Assembly (NCBI GenBank): GCA_051746725.1
Contig: JBNJFI010000001.1
Coordinates: forward strand, 23,359 to 87,358
DNA from: Fusobacteriota bacterium
GTDB lineage: Bacteria; Fusobacteriota; Fusobacteriia; Fusobacteriales; JBNJFI01
Length of the DNA: 64,000 bases
Direction of reading: 5' to 3'
Positions within the stretch are counted from its first letter, which is position 1. Each line of letters opens with the position of its first letter. Below the pieces are notes generated by a model. The model was not told the DNA's origin, did no database searches, and was given only the letters and a program-made list of their open reading frames with translations. A program made the position numbers and the translations under genes. Shown here in pieces: positions 61,025 through 64,000 of the stretch.

Positions 61025-63844
61025 TTACAGCTCTACATCCATTTCATTTACAATTTTAGTACACCTAGGACATATTTCTGGATGATTTTCATCAACTTTT
61101 CCAATTTCTTCAGAATATTTCCAACATCTTTCACATTTTTCTCCTGGAGCTTTTTTGACTTCAACATATACTCCACTTAATTCTTCTAATTCTGACATAT
61201 TTTCTGACTTAGACTCTTCCATCGTTACCTTAGAGACTATTAATACTGATTCCCATTTTTCAAAATTATCTTTTATAAAACTTTTTTGTTCCTCATCTTC
61301 TGCATATATTATAACTTCTGCATTCAATGGATGTCCTATTATTTTTTCATTTCTAGCTTTTTCTATCTGTTTATTTATATTGTTTTTATATTTTAATATT
61401 TTTTCCCATTTTTCATCTAATTCTGAATTTAAATATTGATCATTCTCTTCTATCCAATCAACTAGTAATATACTTTCCACCTCTTTAGATTCATCTGGCA
61501 TTTTCATCCAAATTTCTTCTGCAGTAAAAGTAAGTACAGGAGATATCATTTTTACTAAGTTATATAGTATTTCATGCATAACTGTTTGCGCTGATCTCCT
61601 AGATTTAGAATTAGTTGGCAATACATATAATCTATCTTTTAATGTGTCCAAATAAAATGCACTCATATGTACAGAGGCAAAATAGTGGATATCATAAAAC
61701 AGATTATAGAATTCATATTTTTCATAATTTGCTGTTACTTTTCTTTTTAATTCTTCTAATTTATTTAAAGCCCATTTATCTATCTCTAATAGGTCTTCAT
61801 ATGGTAAAGTATCTTTTTTGACATCAAAATCTGATATATTCCCTAAAATATATCTAGCAGTATTTCGTATTCTTCTATATGACTCTGACATTTGCTTTAA
61901 TATTCCCTGAGATATTTTAATATCTTCTCTATAATCAACTGAAGCAGTCCATAATCTCAATATATCTGCCCCATATTTCTTTATTATTTCTTGAGGTGAT
62001 ACCACATTTCCTTTAGATTTACTCATCTTTTTTCCTTCGCCATCATTAACAAATCCATGTGTTAATATTTCTTTGTAAGGAGCTTTTCCTGTTGAACCAA
62101 CAGAAGTAAGTAATGATGTTTGGAACCAACCTCTATGTTGATCACTACCTTCTAAGTATAAATCTGCAGGCCAACTTAAGTTTTCTCTAGTTTCTAAAAC
62201 TGCTCTGTGACTTGACCCCGAATCAAACCAAACATCCATAATATTGTCTTCTTTTCTCAAATGAGTTTCTCCACATTCAGGACATTTTGCTAAATCACCT
62301 AAGAGTTCCTCTGGAGTGCTTTTTATCCAAGTATCTGTTCCCTCTTTTTTGACTTTTTCTATTACTCTAGCAACTGTTTCTTTATTTATAATCTCTTGAT
62401 TACATTTTTCGCAATAAAACACAGGAATCGGAACTCCCCATATTCTTTGTCTAGATATACACCAATCCGGTCTATCTTCCAACATAGACGTCATTCTATT
62501 TCTTCCCCATTCAGGAATAAATTTAACATCTTCTAATGCTTTTAAACCTTTTTCTCTTAAATCACTACCTTCGGCTTTTACAAACCACTGTTCAGTTGCT
62601 CTAAATATAACTGGATTTTTACATCTCCAACAATGAGGATACTGATGATCAATATCTTTAACATTTAATAATGATCCAATTTCTTCTAACTTCTTAACTA
62701 TCTCTTTATTAGCTTTTTTGTAAAATAATCCCGCAAACTCCCCTGCATCCTCTGTCATGTGCCCTTGGCTGTTTACTGGAGATATAACCGGTAAGTCATA
62801 CTTAGTTCCTACTACATAATCTTCTTGCCCATGTCCTGGAGCTGTATGTACACAACCAGTTCCTGCTTCTAAAGTCACATGAGTTCCTAAAATTATAGTA
62901 GATTTTCTACCTAAAAATGGATGGTCACAAATTAAATTTTCTAATTCTGATCCTTTCATTTCTTTTATAACTTCATAATCTTTTAAATTAGTTTCTTTCA
63001 TCGTGCTTTCTAATAATTCTTTAGCTACTAATAATACACCTTTAGAGGTTCTTGCAAATACATATTTAAAATCAGGATGAACAGATATTGCTATGTTCCC
63101 AGGAAAAGTCCAAGGAGTAGTTGTCCAAATAACAGCTGACGCTTTTTCTCCTTCTTTTAAGTCTAAATCAAATTTATCTACTTCACCATCTTGAAATTCA
63201 AATTTTGAATATATAGCCGGCGATTTATGATCATGATGTTCTATTTCTGCTTCAGCTAATGCAGTTTGACAAGTAGGGCACCAATGTATAGGTTTCATAC
63301 CTTTAAAAACATATCCATTTTCATATAAATCTGAAAAAACTTCTAATTGCTTTGCTTCATATTCAGGATTTAACGTTAAATATGGATTATCCCATTCTCC
63401 TAAAATCCCTAATCGTTGAAATTCTTTTTTCTGTTTTCTAACATATTTTTTAGCATATTTAGCACATTTTTGTCTTATTTTCAATTCAGACATATCTTTG
63501 ATTTTTCCACCAATTTCTTCTGAAACCTTTAACTCAATTGGTAATCCATGGGTATCCCACCCCGGAACATATGGAGCTTTAAACCCCTGCATTCTCTTAT
63601 ATTTTAAAATTATATCTTTTAAAGTCTTATTTAAAGCATGTCCTATATGAATATTTCCGTTTGCATAAGGAGGCCCATCATGTAAAATAAATTCCTTATC
63701 CCTATTTTCTAGACTTTTTTGATAAATATCCTGTTTATCCCACTGATTTAATATTTGCGGTTCTTTGTTTGGTAAGTTTGCCTTCATTTTAAAATTTGTT
63801 TTAGGCAAATTTAAACTCTTACCATAGTTAACTTTCTTTCCCAT
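61025..63844 (-). CDS. ileS: Isoleucine--tRNA ligase (type 1)
   Basis: [59 protein letters not shown]-terminal CERCW...CPRC. Confidence 0.98.
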   Translation of the reverse strand: MGKKVNYGKSLNLPKTNFKMKANLPNKEPQILNQWDKQDIYQKSLENRDKEFILHDGPPYANGNIHIGHALNKTLKDIILKYKRMQGFKAPYVPGWDTHGLPIELKVSEEIGGKIKDMSELKIRQKCAKYAKKYVRKQKKEFQRLGILGEWDNPYLTLNPEYEAKQLEVFSDLYENGYVFKGMKPIHWCPTCQTALAEAEIEHHDHKSPAIYSKFEFQDGEVDKFDLDLKEGEKASAVIWTTTPWTFPGNIAISVHPDFKYVFARTSKGVLLVAKELLESTMKETNLKDYEVIKEMKGSELENLICDHPFLGRKSTIILGTHVTLEAGTGCVHTAPGHGQEDYVVGTKYDLPVISPVNSQGHMTEDAGEFAGLFYKKANKEIVKKLEEIGSLLNVKDIDHQYPHCWRCKNPVIFRATEQWFVKAEGSDLREKGLKALEDVKFIPEWGRNRMTSMLEDRPDWCISRQRIWGVPIPVFYCEKCNQEIINKETVARVIEKVKKEGTDTWIKSTPEELLGDLAKCPECGETHLRKEDNIMDVWFDSGSSHRAVLETRENLSWPADLYLEGSDQHRGWFQTSLLTSVGSTGKAPYKEILTHGFVNDGEGKKMSKSKGNVVSPQEIIKKYGADILRLWTASVDYREDIKISQGILKQMSESYRRIRNTARYILGNISDFDVKKDTLPYEDLLEIDKWALNKLEELKRKVTANYEKYEFYNLFYDIHYFASVHMSAFYLDTLKDRLYVLPTNSKSRRSAQTVMHEILYNLVKMISPVLTFTAEEIWMKMPDESKEVESILLVDWIEENDQYLNSELDEKWEKILKYKNNINKQIEKARNEKIIGHPLNAEVIIYAEDEEQKSFIKDNFEKWESVLIVSKVTMEESKSENMSELEELSGVYVEVKKAPGEKCERCWKYSEEIGKVDENHPEICPRCTKIVNEMDVEL

Positions 63845-63887
63845 TTTTCTTCCTCCTCGAATAGATTTAAATATATTCTAAATATTA

Positions 63888-64000
63888 TTAATATAAATTT
63901 AGATATATTTTAACTGTTGTTCCTTTATTTTTACGTGAACTTATCTCTATATTACCGTGATGTTTTTCAATTATTCCTTTTACAATTGGTAATCCTAATC
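63888..64000 (-). CDS. C-terminal fragment of a sensor histidine kinase (HATPase domain), continuing beyond the window
   Basis: Manual translation (G)LGLPIVKGIIEKHHGNIEISSRKNKGTTVKIYLNLY* matches the G2 box/GT motif of HATPase_c. Confidence 0.85.
   Translation of the reverse strand, partial: LGLPIVKGIIEKHHGNIEISSRKNKGTTVKIYLNLY

Noticed and set aside
583-61821. The many short plus-strand ORFs in the track (e.g. 1964..2368, 30258..30641, 55909..56463)
   Set aside because: They are antisense shadows of well-supported minus-strand genes, with Phe/Ser/Ile/Leu-rich composition and no recognisable motifs. Only 14445..15224 is a credible plus-strand gene.
63845-63887. T-box leader upstream of ileS
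   Set aside because: Only about 43 bp separate ileS from the upstream kinase stop codon, and there is no T-box consensus.
63925-63942. parS-like sequence (TTTTTACGTGAACT)
   Set aside because: Several mismatches to TGTTTCACGTGAAACA, not palindromic, and inside a kinase coding region. No convincing parS was seen elsewhere by eye.

Overview
Very AT-rich bacterial chromosomal segment, most consistent with Fusobacteriota. This is an inference from gene order (ileS-lspA-glyQ-glyS, ktrB-ktrA-mnmG-rsmG) and the Fusobacterium-type RNase H. About 52 genes, all but one (RNase H) on the minus strand. Together with mnmG-rsmG-parA-parB, this suggests an origin-proximal leading-strand region. Content is mostly housekeeping: aminoacyl-tRNA synthetases, galU, ndk, pdxA, carA, pyrC, aroA, trpBA, comEC and Ktr. 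There is also an outer-membrane biogenesis cluster (mlaF-mlaD-tamB-bamA-skp-lpxD) and a MoxR-DUF58-transglutaminase triad. Most notable observations: (1) a 1829-bp tandem duplication (37427-41085) that doubles skp and creates an in-frame, signal-peptide-less LpxD::BamA chimera, with the copy differences I found clustered at the junction; (2) a 213-bp MITE-like element with terminal inverted repeats, a 7-bp target duplication and a GC-rich REP-like core; (3) two tRNA nucleotidyltransferases that look like a split CC-adding/A-adding pair; (4) a probable ATT start codon that restores a signal peptide to a glucosaminidase; (5) a pseudo-receiver (Asp->Asn) fused to DUF2225; (6) an MCE protein ending in a beta-barrel-like domain. 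No rRNA, tRNA, CRISPR array or transposase was seen. All family calls are from motif recognition by eye; no database searches were run.
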